Shown here one piece after another: positions 1 through 10,208 of a DNA stretch of 64,000 bases (positions within the stretch are counted from its first letter, which is position 1; every line of letters starts with the position of its first letter). The stretch lies in the NCBI GenBank assembly GCA_021738625.1, contig JAIPBS010000005.1, positions 51,478 to 115,477 on the forward strand, read 5' to 3'. Source of the stretch: Bacteroidales bacterium (GTDB lineage: Bacteria; Bacteroidota; Bacteroidia; Bacteroidales; JAIOZK01). Under the pieces are notes generated by a model. The model did no database searches. It was given only the letters and a program-made list of their open reading frames with translations, and was not told where the DNA came from. The translations under genes were made by a program, and so were the position numbers.

Positions 1-1449
1 GGAGATGGCAAAGAAATCAAGGTCATTCTTCTCTGAAGGAATGTAACCTCCCGGGCCACTTGTGGGTTCATCCAGGTTGAAGGTATATGTAACCCACTCA
101 TCCATCACTTCTGCGGCAGCATCATATTGGATGTGTGCAGTCCACCACTGTTCGGTCATGCTGTGTTCGCCAATGATAATTGCAATATCCTTGGTCAGGG
201 TACCGGAATAGTCATTTGAGCTGGGCATGTATACATCAAGAGAAACAGTTGTAAAATTATCGAATTGGATATCATAGTCCATGAAAAACTGAAGTTCCTG
301 ATAAGTTCCAGCTCTGTAATATTCAGCGACATTGGTTGCGCCACCTGCCGGGTCAGCAACACCTATAGTCAGTTGCATACCACCGTTGGCGGCTGAGGTA
401 GCGCCATTGGCTCTGGCCGTATCCAAAACAACATAGCTGTCGGGTGTTTCAAATGTATTGTACATTTCATCAGGTGTAAGATCAGGAAGATCTTCACCAT
501 AAGGTTCTTCTTCTTCCACCACTTCAGGTTCCAGTGAAGGATCGGAATAGTTTACATAAACAATTTGCCAGTAACCACCATCACCATAGTTAAAGCTAAC
601 GGTCATCAGATCATAGCCTGTTTCTTGGGTAATTTCAACATTGAAGGTTGTGCTTTCAACAGGGACGGTTGTTTCACCTGTGGTGGTCAACTTGGGTATT
701 CCAATCCAGGCGCCCATTCCGTTTATCGTTGCAGTTCCCACAGAGGGATCATAAGTAAATGAATGCACTCCTGAAAGCCATGCACTTACATCGATGCCGT
801 CTAAGTTGATCATATTTTCAGGAATAGCCTCAAAACAGATCTCATAGTTCCACTGCCCGTCAAACACTCCGTATTCACCCCAAAACATTCCATTGTCATC
901 AAATTCATAGGAGCCGTCATAATAAAAGGTGAACTCCTGATAGTACAAACAAGGTCTTTCACCATTGTTTTCCAGACCAGGCCACCAACTTCCAGGATTT
1001 TCAGGATTTTCTCCTAATGACATGGAAACACCCTCCCTGTATAGTTTCCATGTTTTGGAAACATCACCGGTTAACAATTTGTAAGCCTCATCCGGGTCAG
1101 TGAGTGTAATGGCTTTAGAGAAATCCGCACTGGAGCCTGCTGAGTTTTTGGCAACCAGTTTTACGGTGTAATCTCCGGCAGCATCATAAACATGCACCGG
1201 GTTTTCTTCTGTTGATGTATTGCCATCGCCAAAATCCCAGGCGTAAGAGCTTGCATTTTTTGAAAAGTTTGTGAAACTGACTTCCAGGAAATTTGTTTCA
1301 CTTATTTCAAACTGGAAACTGGCAACGGGGTCTTGTGTTTGAGGCTCATTGTCCTCGTCGTCCTTTTTACATGAACTTAGAACCAGTGAGGATATGGCTC
1401 CGATAACCAATAGGTTCATGAATAGTTTTCTGAAATTCTTTTTCTTCAT
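1..1449 (-). CDS. PKD domain-containing surface lipoprotein (possible glycan-binding protein). It is partial: the 3' end lies beyond the left window edge.
   Basis: Checked by hand: the plus-strand frame-1 triplets from 1 to 1449 contain no TTA, CTA or TCA, so the minus-strand frame is open throughout. It is absent from the ORF track because it has no stop in the window. ATG at 1447-1449. The N-terminus MKKKNFRKLFMNLLVIGAISSLVLSSC is a lipoprotein signal with a lipobox Cys. A PKD-like segment follows (SYAWDFGDGNTSTEENPVHVYDAAGDYTVKLVAKN). Confidence 0.75.
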   Translation of the reverse strand, partial: MKKKNFRKLFMNLLVIGAISSLVLSSCKKDDEDNEPQTQDPVASFQFEISETNFLEVSFTNFSKNASSYAWDFGDGNTSTEENPVHVYDAAGDYTVKLVAKNSAGSSADFSKAITLTDPDEAYKLLTGDVSKTWKLYREGVSMSLGENPENPGSWWPGLENNGERPCLYYQEFTFYYDGSYEFDDNGMFWGEYGVFDGQWNYEICFEAIPENMINLDGIDVSAWLSGVHSFTYDPSVGTATINGMGAWIGIPKLTTTGETTVPVESTTFNVEITQETGYDLMTVSFNYGDGGYWQIVYVNYSDPSLEPEVVEEEEPYGEDLPDLTPDEMYNTFETPDSYVVLDTARANGATSAANGGMQLTIGVADPAGGATNVAEYYRAGTYQELQFFMDYDIQFDNFTTVSLDVYMPSSNDYSGTLTKDIAIIIGEHSMTEQWWTAHIQYDAAAEVMDEWVTYTFNLDEPTSGPGGYIPSEKNDLDFFAIS

Positions 1450-1678
1450 AATATTAGGTTAAAGTTTAAAAAAAGATGAATGTCGCAACTAAAGTATAGG
1501 CATGAAAACCTCAATCCAAATTATTTGCATTCACAAAAACTCATCAAATAGCCATTATTAATACATCAAAATTACATCATTATAATGTTAAACCCCTGTT
1601 TGTTAGATTTATACAATCTGTTAATGTTAATTTATTGTTTCTCAAAAATAGGCGCTTTATTTCAGATGTGTTTTGAGT

Positions 1679-4567
1679 TTAGAACGACATGATGAAACTG
1701 GTAAGATTTGTATCCCGGTCAAGTCCAAACTTCTTTCGGATCCGATATCTGCTAATTTCAACGCCTCTTGTGGAAATATTCATCAGGGTTGCAATTTCTT
1801 TGCTGGAGATGTTCAGGCGTAAATACGCACAAAGTTTTAACTCCCTTGGCGTCAAATCGGGGTGTTGGGCTTTCAGCTTTTTTAAGAATTCTTCATGTAC
1901 GCTCTCAAAGTGCTTTTCAAAAACATCCCACTGGTTTTCGGTATCTATTTCACGGTTGATTTTTTTAATAAGCCTGTGGATCTGTTCTTTGCTGGATTCA
2001 TCATCAACAATCCTTGTCATCGCATTTAATTCCTTTTTAATTGCACTCAACGACTTACTTTTCTGAATCATTTGCATGGTGTTGTTTGCCAGCTCTTTGT
2101 CTTTCTGCCGCATTTCTGAGGCAAGCTTTTCATTTCTGAGTTTGATCACTTCTTTTTCGGCTTCCAATGTTTCGGTTTTAAGTTGTTTTTCGCGTTCGCT
2201 AAAAAGTTTCCGTTGCCTGTTTTCTTCTTCCTTTTTTGATTGTTTGATTCTATACCTGATATACATTGACATCAAGATAGTCAACAGACCTACAATGATA
2301 AGATAAACGACATAGGCCCACCATTGAAGGTACCAGGGAGGAAGTATTTCGATCCTGGCAGAACTAACATTGCTTTGTGTATCAAATATGTTTTTTGCCT
2401 TTACATGAAAGGTATATTCGCCGCGGGGCAGGTTTGAGAAATCTCTGACGGCTTTGGTTTGCCATGAGCCCCAATCCTCCTCGAAGCCTTCCATGTATGT
2501 GGCATATTGAACATTTTCCGGATTCTCAAATTCATTTGCAGCGAATTTGAAACGGATTTGGTTGTATTTGTACGGCAAAGTTTTAAGCAAGGTCTTATTC
2601 AAATGACCTCCGTGATAGATAAGCGAGTCGAAAGCTGCTAGTTCGATTTGGCGAATAAATGCTTGTAAATCCTTATTGTAGTTTTTTGGGAAAGCCGGTG
2701 CATAATGTACAAATCCGTCTTGTGTGCCAAAAAACACGTTTTCTTCATCCAGGGGATAAACGAATTGGAACCATTTTATAAAGCGGCCTTGTAGCTCTCT
2801 GAAAGGAAGTTCAACATTAACATAAGTTCCGTCTTCCTGAAGCCGAAAAACACCTGCATTATCTGATGTGAAATACCAGATGTTACCTTTGTCGTCTTCA
2901 TAAATTTTCTGGATATTTATAACAGGAAAAGTCTCCTGGAGATTGTGATCAGCTGTGAAAGAATTTGATCTTGAATCGTATTTATAGAAGCCGTTTTCAG
3001 TTGTGAAAACTACTTGATCCCGGATTTCAAAAACGCTGATGTTTTTAGCGGACGGCAACCCTTGTTTTTCGTTGTATACCTCCACTTTGATCACACTATC
3101 ATAACTTTCATTAAAATGCATTCGAAAAACACCCAAATACCCATGCGTCATCCAGAGCATATTTTTCCCTGCATTCGCCAAAAACCTTGAAGATTCTTCA
3201 AACCCTTTGATTTTCATCCCCTTTTTCCAGCTATCACTTTCTTTCTCAAACTTAACCAACGAAGTGTAGGTGCCGCATATTAGAATGTCATCCCTGTTCC
3301 TGGGTTGAATAAATGTCCATCCGCCCTGCACATCCGATACTTTTCTGACGGATGTACCGGATATGATGAAAATACCTGAATTGTGCCCGCAAAAGAGGGT
3401 TTCATCCACAACTTTGAGCTCCCAGACCTGACCTTGTGTTCCGGGAACAAGGTCGAATTCCTGACTGATCCGGTAAGAATTCAGGTCTTCCCATTTTTTA
3501 TAAAAAACACCCCGGTTTGTTCCAAAATAAAGAATCCCCTTGTGTAAGATGGCCGAATAACCGGCGCTGATATTATGATAACTTGTAAAATAGCTGATCG
3601 GACTGTTTATTTCCACATAGTCGATTCCATTATCAAGTCCCAGCCACAAGTTGCCGTATTGATCGGGCTTTATACTTAAAACCGTATTGTTTTGCAGACC
3701 CTTTTTTTGGTTCAAATGCTGGAGAATTTGTCCGGCCGAATCGCATATAAACAAGCCATCCTGTACCGTACCAAATGCAAACATATCTTCACTTAGTGCA
3801 TAACCGCAATAAATCTGACGTTCTTTAATAAGATCCTGCAGGTTTGACTTCCATTCTTCCAGATTCAATCCGTCAAATTCATAAATGCCATTTTCGGCCG
3901 TGGAGATAAGCAAATTATTTCCTTTGGGAATTATCGACCAAATGAGTTGACCTTTCAGTTTGGAAGCTGCGGGTATGCTTACAAGACGATCATGTGCCAA
4001 CCTGAATAAGCCCTGGCTTTGATCGTTGATGAAAAGCTCATTGTTTACTTTAAAAGAAAAATGAAAAAGATCAGGCGCTTTGATGATGTCAATCGCTCCA
4101 TCATTATATATCATGAGCTGCTTGTATGATTGAAAAACAATACCGTAAGGGAGCTCATGGATTTTCCAAACTTCACCAAAATTTCGATATAATTCCGGTA
4201 AGCGCTCCGTTAAAGATTTGAAAGCCATTCTACCCAGAGTATCGGGATACAGGTATCCAATCTGGTTGAACCCCCCTGCATAAATCTTTCCGTCATTACT
4301 GGCTTCGACAGCACGGACAACGATACTACCGGGCAAAGGGTATTTTTTCCAATTTTCGCCGTCAAATTCTATAACACCATCATTATTTGCAAAATATGCC
4401 AAACCAGCTTTACTGATATCCATCATCCATGTTTGCGCACCGGCATTTATTGACGATCTTTCATAGTTTCGAATATATGGAATTCCAAACTCTTTTATTT
4501 GAGGGTGCAATGCCAGAGAAACTGAGCAGAAGAGAATGAGCAGGCAATATTTTTGAAATGATCTCAT
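1679..4567 (-). CDS. Transmembrane one-component regulator: beta-propeller / Y_Y_Y sensor domain, TM helix, coiled coil and a C-terminal LuxR-type HTH
   Basis: 962-aa ORF with a signal peptide and a long N-terminal region of propeller-like repeats. It has a Y_Y_Y-like segment (RGEYTFHVKAKNIF) and one TM helix (WWAYVVYLIIVGLLTILMSMYI). A K/E-rich coiled coil precedes the C-terminal LuxR HTH (LTPRELKLCAYLRLNISSKEIATLMNISTRGVEISRYRIRKKFG). There is no kinase or receiver domain. Confidence 0.85.
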   Translation of the reverse strand: MRSFQKYCLLILFCSVSLALHPQIKEFGIPYIRNYERSSINAGAQTWMMDISKAGLAYFANNDGVIEFDGENWKKYPLPGSIVVRAVEASNDGKIYAGGFNQIGYLYPDTLGRMAFKSLTERLPELYRNFGEVWKIHELPYGIVFQSYKQLMIYNDGAIDIIKAPDLFHFSFKVNNELFINDQSQGLFRLAHDRLVSIPAASKLKGQLIWSIIPKGNNLLISTAENGIYEFDGLNLEEWKSNLQDLIKERQIYCGYALSEDMFAFGTVQDGLFICDSAGQILQHLNQKKGLQNNTVLSIKPDQYGNLWLGLDNGIDYVEINSPISYFTSYHNISAGYSAILHKGILYFGTNRGVFYKKWEDLNSYRISQEFDLVPGTQGQVWELKVVDETLFCGHNSGIFIISGTSVRKVSDVQGGWTFIQPRNRDDILICGTYTSLVKFEKESDSWKKGMKIKGFEESSRFLANAGKNMLWMTHGYLGVFRMHFNESYDSVIKVEVYNEKQGLPSAKNISVFEIRDQVVFTTENGFYKYDSRSNSFTADHNLQETFPVINIQKIYEDDKGNIWYFTSDNAGVFRLQEDGTYVNVELPFRELQGRFIKWFQFVYPLDEENVFFGTQDGFVHYAPAFPKNYNKDLQAFIRQIELAAFDSLIYHGGHLNKTLLKTLPYKYNQIRFKFAANEFENPENVQYATYMEGFEEDWGSWQTKAVRDFSNLPRGEYTFHVKAKNIFDTQSNVSSARIEILPPWYLQWWAYVVYLIIVGLLTILMSMYIRYRIKQSKKEEENRQRKLFSEREKQLKTETLEAEKEVIKLRNEKLASEMRQKDKELANNTMQMIQKSKSLSAIKKELNAMTRIVDDESSKEQIHRLIKKINREIDTENQWDVFEKHFESVHEEFLKKLKAQHPDLTPRELKLCAYLRLNISSKEIATLMNISTRGVEISRYRIRKKFGLDRDTNLTSFIMSF

Positions 4568-4894
4568 TGATGTACAGAATCATATTGATTTATACTGATT
4601 CGGAACAGGTTTGTAATGATTGACCTCCTGCTCCAATCGGTATAACTGAACCTAACAGAAAAATATTTTATATTCATAGTAAGATTCAGTATAAACAAGA
4701 AGTGTAAAAATAATAAAAATACACAGTATGCCAAATAATCATAAAGCTCTGCAGGCTTTCCGATGGCACTGTTAAGAGCGATTTACTGCAATTTACAATT
4801 CATTTTAGGATAAGTGGAAGTTTAAGATAAAGAAACTGCCAATCAGTTTAGATTAAACAAAATAGAAAGTTATTCCTTATGGATCGGTTGTCTT

Positions 4895-5485
4895 TTACTT
4901 TTTCGCATTTTGATTTTGCCGGCTTTGAAGAATTTTCATAAGAAGAAGGCTTTTCTCTTGCACGTCGTTTGTGATGCCATAAGCTGAAATTGTTGCACCG
5001 GATATGGCATCTATCTGTTTACCGACTTCAAGTTTTTCCATAGGGCTATGGCCAATGAATTGCTTAAGCCATCCATTTGCCCCTATTTCGTATCCATGGG
5101 TGGCCTGATAGTTGAAAACCTTTACAAGTTTTATCTGACATTCTTTATTAAAAAGAATAAAATAATCGAAATATTCATGCGTGTTTTCCGCTTCATTTGG
5201 CTTTGATGACAAAGAACATCCCCCTGCGCGACAACTGTAAACCCGCCCAACATACAGATAACCTAAAGACTGCTTTTTTGGCTCAGCGTTTAATAACTCA
5301 AAAAACCGGCCGTTAAGATGCAATGAATGGTCTGCATTATTTGTTTGCAAATCGATACATTTTCCCTCCAAACCATTCAGCTTTTTAATCGCTCGGCCAA
5401 TACTTCGATGGTTATAGTTTATGCTGTCCTGGGCCGGAAGCAATAAACTTGAAATCATAATGAAGGTCAATAAAACACTTTTCAT
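4895..5485 (-). CDS. Exported FMN-binding domain protein with a flavinylation-type motif
   Basis: 196 aa with an N-terminal signal peptide (MKSVLLTFIMISSLLLPAQ). The C-terminal QIDAISGATISAYGI matches the D-x-x-[ST]-G-A-[ST] FMN_bind motif seen in NqrC and RnfG. Confidence 0.7.
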   Translation of the reverse strand: MKSVLLTFIMISSLLLPAQDSINYNHRSIGRAIKKLNGLEGKCIDLQTNNADHSLHLNGRFFELLNAEPKKQSLGYLYVGRVYSCRAGGCSLSSKPNEAENTHEYFDYFILFNKECQIKLVKVFNYQATHGYEIGANGWLKQFIGHSPMEKLEVGKQIDAISGATISAYGITNDVQEKSLLLMKILQSRQNQNAKK

Positions 5486-5494
5486 ATCGGATTA

Positions 5495-6700
5495 TTAAAA
5501 CATGACTCCGAAACCAAGATTCAACATTTTGTCAGGTTGATCATCCTGACGGGATTGTATCCATTGCATATCAGCTTTAAAAACTGCACCTGGTGCCATT
5601 TCCCAGCTAAGTCCTGAAGTAATTGCAGTATTGTTATATATATCCATTCCGGACAATCCTTGTTCAACAGTATTTTGTGTATTGAAGCGCTCGTACCTTA
5701 TAAAAGGAATAAGTGATGAAGCTGTGCTTTCAGTGTTTTTTAAGAGGTTATAACCGGCTTCCAGATAATATCCTATCATTGAGCTTCCAAGGTCGTTTAG
5801 CGTTTGTTCGCTGGCAGTGAAGTGATTGTATTCAAGCGTATTGCTAATCCAGGCATAATAGTACTGTCCTCTTATTTGGAAACCTGCTATCGAGTATCGC
5901 CCATCCAGTCCGAGCATGGTTAATCCAACGATTGAAGAATCCGCGGTGTTTATGGCTGAAGTGCTTCCATCATTAATGTTTTCATATAAAGCACTTTCGG
6001 TTTTACCTGAGTAGAGAGATACCCCTATATTCAGGCCGCTCACTCCATAATACTCAATTTTTCCGGTAATGTCGGGTGAACTCATGAACGATTCAGCCCC
6101 TTTTTGTCTTGCTTTCCTGAATCCGTATTTTCCGTTCAAAAAGGCCTTATCATCGTAGCTCTTAAAACCGTTGACAAGGTATAACTGATATTTTAGCCTT
6201 GCTGGGAAAACGTTACCGGATATCCCTGCTCCAATTTCGCGCCAGGTTGTCGGTACAATGTATTTGTCCACGAAAGGACGCTCAACGCCATTGAATGTGG
6301 TCGGCTCATGATATTCATTGATGATACCCATCGGGGTCAACAGCAAACCCGCCCTGAGATTAATATAATTATTGATCTTATGTTGCAGGAAGGCTTGCTC
6401 AACATAAACTTCTTTAACATGCTCAAACTCAATTTCTGATATAAATTTTGTTTTATCGCTAAAATTATATCCGAAAAGAAGTACTATTCGATGGACATCC
6501 AAATGTGAATTATGACGAAATTCATGATCAACTTCCTTATTGAAATGAACTTCTCCGTAACCTCCTATTGTGAGCTTGTTATCTGAAGAAAGCAATAGCT
6601 CTGCCATGTTTTTATAGCTGCCCTGCAGTGAGTCCGTTTGCTGGGCAGAAACACCGATAGCTAGAAAAAATAAAGCAATAATGACGGTATTTGTTTTCAT
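5495..6700 (-). CDS. Outer-membrane beta-barrel (porin-like) protein
   Basis: 401 aa with a signal peptide (MKTNTVIIALFFLAIGVSAQQ). Alternating hydrophobic and aromatic strand patterns run throughout, and the C-terminus NLGFGVMF ends in Phe, as is typical of OM barrels. It is 9 nt upstream of the FMN-binding gene on the same strand. Confidence 0.55.
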   Translation of the reverse strand: MKTNTVIIALFFLAIGVSAQQTDSLQGSYKNMAELLLSSDNKLTIGGYGEVHFNKEVDHEFRHNSHLDVHRIVLLFGYNFSDKTKFISEIEFEHVKEVYVEQAFLQHKINNYINLRAGLLLTPMGIINEYHEPTTFNGVERPFVDKYIVPTTWREIGAGISGNVFPARLKYQLYLVNGFKSYDDKAFLNGKYGFRKARQKGAESFMSSPDITGKIEYYGVSGLNIGVSLYSGKTESALYENINDGSTSAINTADSSIVGLTMLGLDGRYSIAGFQIRGQYYYAWISNTLEYNHFTASEQTLNDLGSSMIGYYLEAGYNLLKNTESTASSLIPFIRYERFNTQNTVEQGLSGMDIYNNTAITSGLSWEMAPGAVFKADMQWIQSRQDDQPDKMLNLGFGVMF

Positions 6701-6914
6701 TTTGTGAAGTTTTAATAAAAGTTTAACAAATAAATGATACCCTTTTTCCCCGATGCTTGATTAATTCCGGGATATTAAAGCAATCGAAAAGATCCCTGAA
6801 AAAATAGCTTTTCCGAATCAGTATCGCGGTCAAAACTAATTTATCAGGATAAGTTGGTTATCCCCAGAAATTGGGATTTTGATTCTAAATAAGGAATTGT
6901 AAATTGGAATGCAA

Positions 6915-6947
6915 GAAAAAAGCCCCCGGCATTAATTGCCGGGGGCT
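6915..6947 (-). terminator. Rho-independent terminator after the tricorn-like protease gene
   Basis: An 11-bp perfect stem pairs agcccccggca (6921-6931) with tgccgggggct (6937-6947) around a 5-nt loop. An A-run at 6916-6921 on the plus strand gives a U-tract on the minus-strand RNA. The site is 23 nt downstream of the stop at 6970. Confidence 0.6.
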
Positions 6948-6969
6948 TCCAAACAATGGTCCGTTTCAT

Positions 6970-9900
6970 TTATTCTGTCTTATCAGGATACCCGGGCTTT
7001 TCGGGTAACTCTTCATGATCTTCAAGTTCTTCCAGGATCACTTCTATTGCCATGTTGAGCTGCTGGTCAATCCCCTGATATTCCATTGCAGGATCATTCA
7101 CTACACGGATATCCGGTTCCACTCCGTAGCCCTCAATAACCCAGCGTTTTCCTTCCACATCAAAGGGTGCGAATTCTGGTTTTCTCAGGCTTCCACCGTC
7201 AATAAAGGGCATGGAACCCCGGATGCCGACAACACCGCCCCACGATCGAACTCCGATGACCGGTCCGATCTCAAGCTTTTTGAATTGGTAGGGGAACAGA
7301 TCCCCGTCGGAGGCGGAGTACATATCGATTAGGAGTACTTTCGGTCCTATATGCATTTCGCCCGGCTTGGTTGTAGTTGTTTTGGTGTTCCTGGCAGATC
7401 CAAGTAGTACGAGCTCCCTGTTCAATCGTTCGATAAGCATCGGGCTAACGTTTCCGCCGCCGTTGCCGCGATCATCAATGATCAGTCCTTTTTTCCGAAG
7501 CTGGGGATAAAAGTATTTTACAAACTGATTCAGTCCCCCGGGACCCATATCCGGTACGTGAATATAACCTACCTGCCCGTTAGTGGCTTCTTCAACTTTC
7601 TTGATGTTGTTCCTGACCCAGTTGAAATAATAGATACCGCTTTCATCATCCGTCGGGATCACAATCACTTTGCGGCTGCCCTCCATTTCAGGTTCATTGT
7701 TGATGATAAGCTCTACCTGTTCGCCTGCCTCATCGAGCAATGCCCGGTAAATGTTTTCCATATTGTTTACCGGCTTGCCGTTAACCGCCAGGATATAGTC
7801 TCCTTCGAAAATATCCACTCCGATTTCAGTTAGAGGTGACCGCGTATTGTCCATCCAATTTTCACCTTCCAGGATTTTAGTGATCCTGTAATAGCCGGAT
7901 TCATCTCTTTCCACTTCAGCCCCCAGCAGGCCCACTTTGATCCTTTCGGGCTTTGGCCGGTCACCCCCGCCAACATAGGCATGCCCCACATTCAACTCGC
8001 CTATCAATTCACCGATCACATAGTTGAGATCATTGCGGTTTTCAACATGATCAACCAAAGGGGCATATTTCTCGTGCATGGCTTCCCAGTCGACGCCATG
8101 CATGTTTGGATCGTAAAAGAAATCGCGCATTTGCCGCCAGGACTCATTGTATATTTGCGTCCATTCCTCACGATAGTTCACCCAAACCTTCATATTATCC
8201 AGGTCGAGGTGGTCGGAAACCTTGATGGGGGAGGAGGGCAGATCGATTACGGTATATTTCCCGCTTTTTGACAAAAGCATTTTTTTATGATCAGTTGATA
8301 TCGTATAGTTGCCGTAGTCACCCAAATCAGTTTCTTTTTTCTTTTCTAAATCAAAGAGTCTGAGCGAAGAAGATTTATCACTGCTTTTTCTTCTTACATA
8401 GTAGACGTTTTTATCAACAACATTGATTCTCCCGTAATTGGCGGCTTCGATCGGCAGTACTTCAATCCGGTCGAATATACCGTCAAATTCTATACCCTTG
8501 TCAGCACCGTTCTCTTCCTCTGTTTCTTCTGTCTTGTTTTCATCGGTTTCAACTTCATCATTCTCAGGACGCAGCGGATTAGGGACGGATTTACGCAGGG
8601 TAAGGAAGTAAACTTTTTCCATATCCCTATAGGCATGATTCCATTCTGTATGGCTGTATATGGGGTTGAAATCCCTGGATGAAGTAAAGAAAAGGTAATT
8701 TCCGTCAGAACCGAATACCGGGTTGCCTGAATTGTACCATTGATCGGTGACCGGTTTTTTTTCTTCTGATTCGGTATCATATATCCAGATCCTGGTGGAG
8801 GCTTTGTTTTTGGGAATGGTGTATGTAATCCACTTGCTGTCGGGGGACCAGTTGTACTGCCTGATCTCCCAATCTTCTGCCTGATCAACCTGAATGATTT
8901 TTTTTGTTTCTACATCTAAATATTGTAATCTGAGTTTTTTGTCGCTCCACAAAAGCTTTTTGCTGTCGGGCGACCAGATGGGATTGTATTTATAGGTATC
9001 GCTGTTTTTGGTAAGCTGCATAGGGGGTTCGCTGCCATCCTGTTTGATGATGTAAATTTCATCTTCCCCGGTACGATCCGAAATGAATGATATGAATTTT
9101 CCGTCCGGAGACCATTCAACATTCCTGTCATGTACGCCGGGGGTTTGAGTTAAATTTCGTATGATCCCTTTGTTTGCAGGCACTGTGAATACATCACCGC
9201 GTGCGCCGAAAACCACGCGTTTACCGTCCGGGGCAATGGCATGGGAGCTAATGTATTTGCTTGCGTCAACCAGTTCGTCACGTCCATGAATGAAGTCATT
9301 GGCAAAAAGTACCTCTATTTTGTAGGGCTTTTCTTCCTGGAGATCGAAACGATAAAGGTACCCACCATTTTCATAAATGATCTCCTGATCTCCAAGTGAA
9401 GGAAATTTTATATCGAAATTCGTGTAGTCGGTGAGTTTGCGGGTTTCCTTGCTGTTCAGGTCATACACAAAAAGATTCATGGTGCGGTCGCGATCTGAAA
9501 GATAATAGATCTTTTCACCATGCCACATTGGGAATATATCCTGGGCATCGTTGTTTGTGATGTTTTCCGTTTCGCTGTTTTCAAAATTAAAAATCCAGAT
9601 ATCGTCGGCCATCCCACCCCTGTAATACTTCCAGGTTCTGAACTCCCTGAAAACGCGATTGTAGGCCAATTTTTTCCTGTCGGGTGAATAGCTGCACCAA
9701 CTTCCCACGTTGAGTGGCAATTGATAGGGCAATCCACCTTCGACCGAAATACTGAAGAGCTGTCCTTTAAAGGCGTTGAAAGATTTCATTCTTGACCTAA
9801 AAACAATTTGCTCATTGTCTTTCCAGGTCATCACAATATTGTTCGGCCCCATCCGGTCGGAGATATCATCTCTGCTTAGTGTGGCTGTGTATGTTAGCCG

Positions 9901-10197
9901 CCTGGGTTCTCCACCCTGTGCAGGCATCAGATAAACTTCCGTATTGCCGTCGTACTGGGCTGTGAATGCAATCTGGCTTCCATCTGGTGAGAAGCGTGCG
10001 AACATTTCATATCCTTCATCATTTGTAAGCTTACGTGCAACTCCACCGTTTTTTTCAACCGTGTACAAATCGCCAGCGTAGCTAAACACGACCTGCTCTC
10101 CATGTATGGCCGGAAAGCGCATCAAGCGGCCTTCTTCCTGACCTGTCAGCCGTATAAACATAATAATAGAAAAAAGCAAAATTCCCATCTTTCTCAT
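6970..10197 (-). CDS. Tricorn protease homolog (beta-propeller + PDZ + S41-type peptidase)
   Basis: 1075 aa with a signal peptide. The N-terminus RLMRFPAIHGEQVVFSYAGDLYTV is characteristic of tricorn homologs. It has TolB/WD40-like repeats (WSPDGK, WSPDSK), a PDZ-like segment (GDYILAVNGKPV) and a C-terminal peptidase region (DDRGNGGGN, MYSASDGD). Confidence 0.85.
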   Translation of the reverse strand: MRKMGILLFSIIMFIRLTGQEEGRLMRFPAIHGEQVVFSYAGDLYTVEKNGGVARKLTNDEGYEMFARFSPDGSQIAFTAQYDGNTEVYLMPAQGGEPRRLTYTATLSRDDISDRMGPNNIVMTWKDNEQIVFRSRMKSFNAFKGQLFSISVEGGLPYQLPLNVGSWCSYSPDRKKLAYNRVFREFRTWKYYRGGMADDIWIFNFENSETENITNNDAQDIFPMWHGEKIYYLSDRDRTMNLFVYDLNSKETRKLTDYTNFDIKFPSLGDQEIIYENGGYLYRFDLQEEKPYKIEVLFANDFIHGRDELVDASKYISSHAIAPDGKRVVFGARGDVFTVPANKGIIRNLTQTPGVHDRNVEWSPDGKFISFISDRTGEDEIYIIKQDGSEPPMQLTKNSDTYKYNPIWSPDSKKLLWSDKKLRLQYLDVETKKIIQVDQAEDWEIRQYNWSPDSKWITYTIPKNKASTRIWIYDTESEEKKPVTDQWYNSGNPVFGSDGNYLFFTSSRDFNPIYSHTEWNHAYRDMEKVYFLTLRKSVPNPLRPENDEVETDENKTEETEEENGADKGIEFDGIFDRIEVLPIEAANYGRINVVDKNVYYVRRKSSDKSSSLRLFDLEKKKETDLGDYGNYTISTDHKKMLLSKSGKYTVIDLPSSPIKVSDHLDLDNMKVWVNYREEWTQIYNESWRQMRDFFYDPNMHGVDWEAMHEKYAPLVDHVENRNDLNYVIGELIGELNVGHAYVGGGDRPKPERIKVGLLGAEVERDESGYYRITKILEGENWMDNTRSPLTEIGVDIFEGDYILAVNGKPVNNMENIYRALLDEAGEQVELIINNEPEMEGSRKVIVIPTDDESGIYYFNWVRNNIKKVEEATNGQVGYIHVPDMGPGGLNQFVKYFYPQLRKKGLIIDDRGNGGGNVSPMLIERLNRELVLLGSARNTKTTTTKPGEMHIGPKVLLIDMYSASDGDLFPYQFKKLEIGPVIGVRSWGGVVGIRGSMPFIDGGSLRKPEFAPFDVEGKRWVIEGYGVEPDIRVVNDPAMEYQGIDQQLNMAIEVILEELEDHEELPEKPGYPDKTE

Positions 10198-10208
10198 AAT
10201 TCAATCGT

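Noticed and set aside
6761-6789. A TTAATTCCG block (the CGGAATTAA half of the bipartite motif, in minus orientation) about 60 nt upstream of the porin-like gene.
   Set aside because: Thirteen nt further on, where the GGTAACC block should be, the sequence reads ATCGAAA. Only half the motif is present, so I do not count it as a fourth site. It could be a chance 9-mer in AT-rich DNA.
8490-9737. Three minus-strand alternative-frame ORFs (132, 71 and 86 aa) inside the tricorn-like protease gene, plus similar ones at 13301-13711 and 12455-12682.
   Set aside because: They are out-of-frame overlaps with long genes that have strong family motifs. Their translations are Pro/Arg/Ser-rich and look like nonsense.
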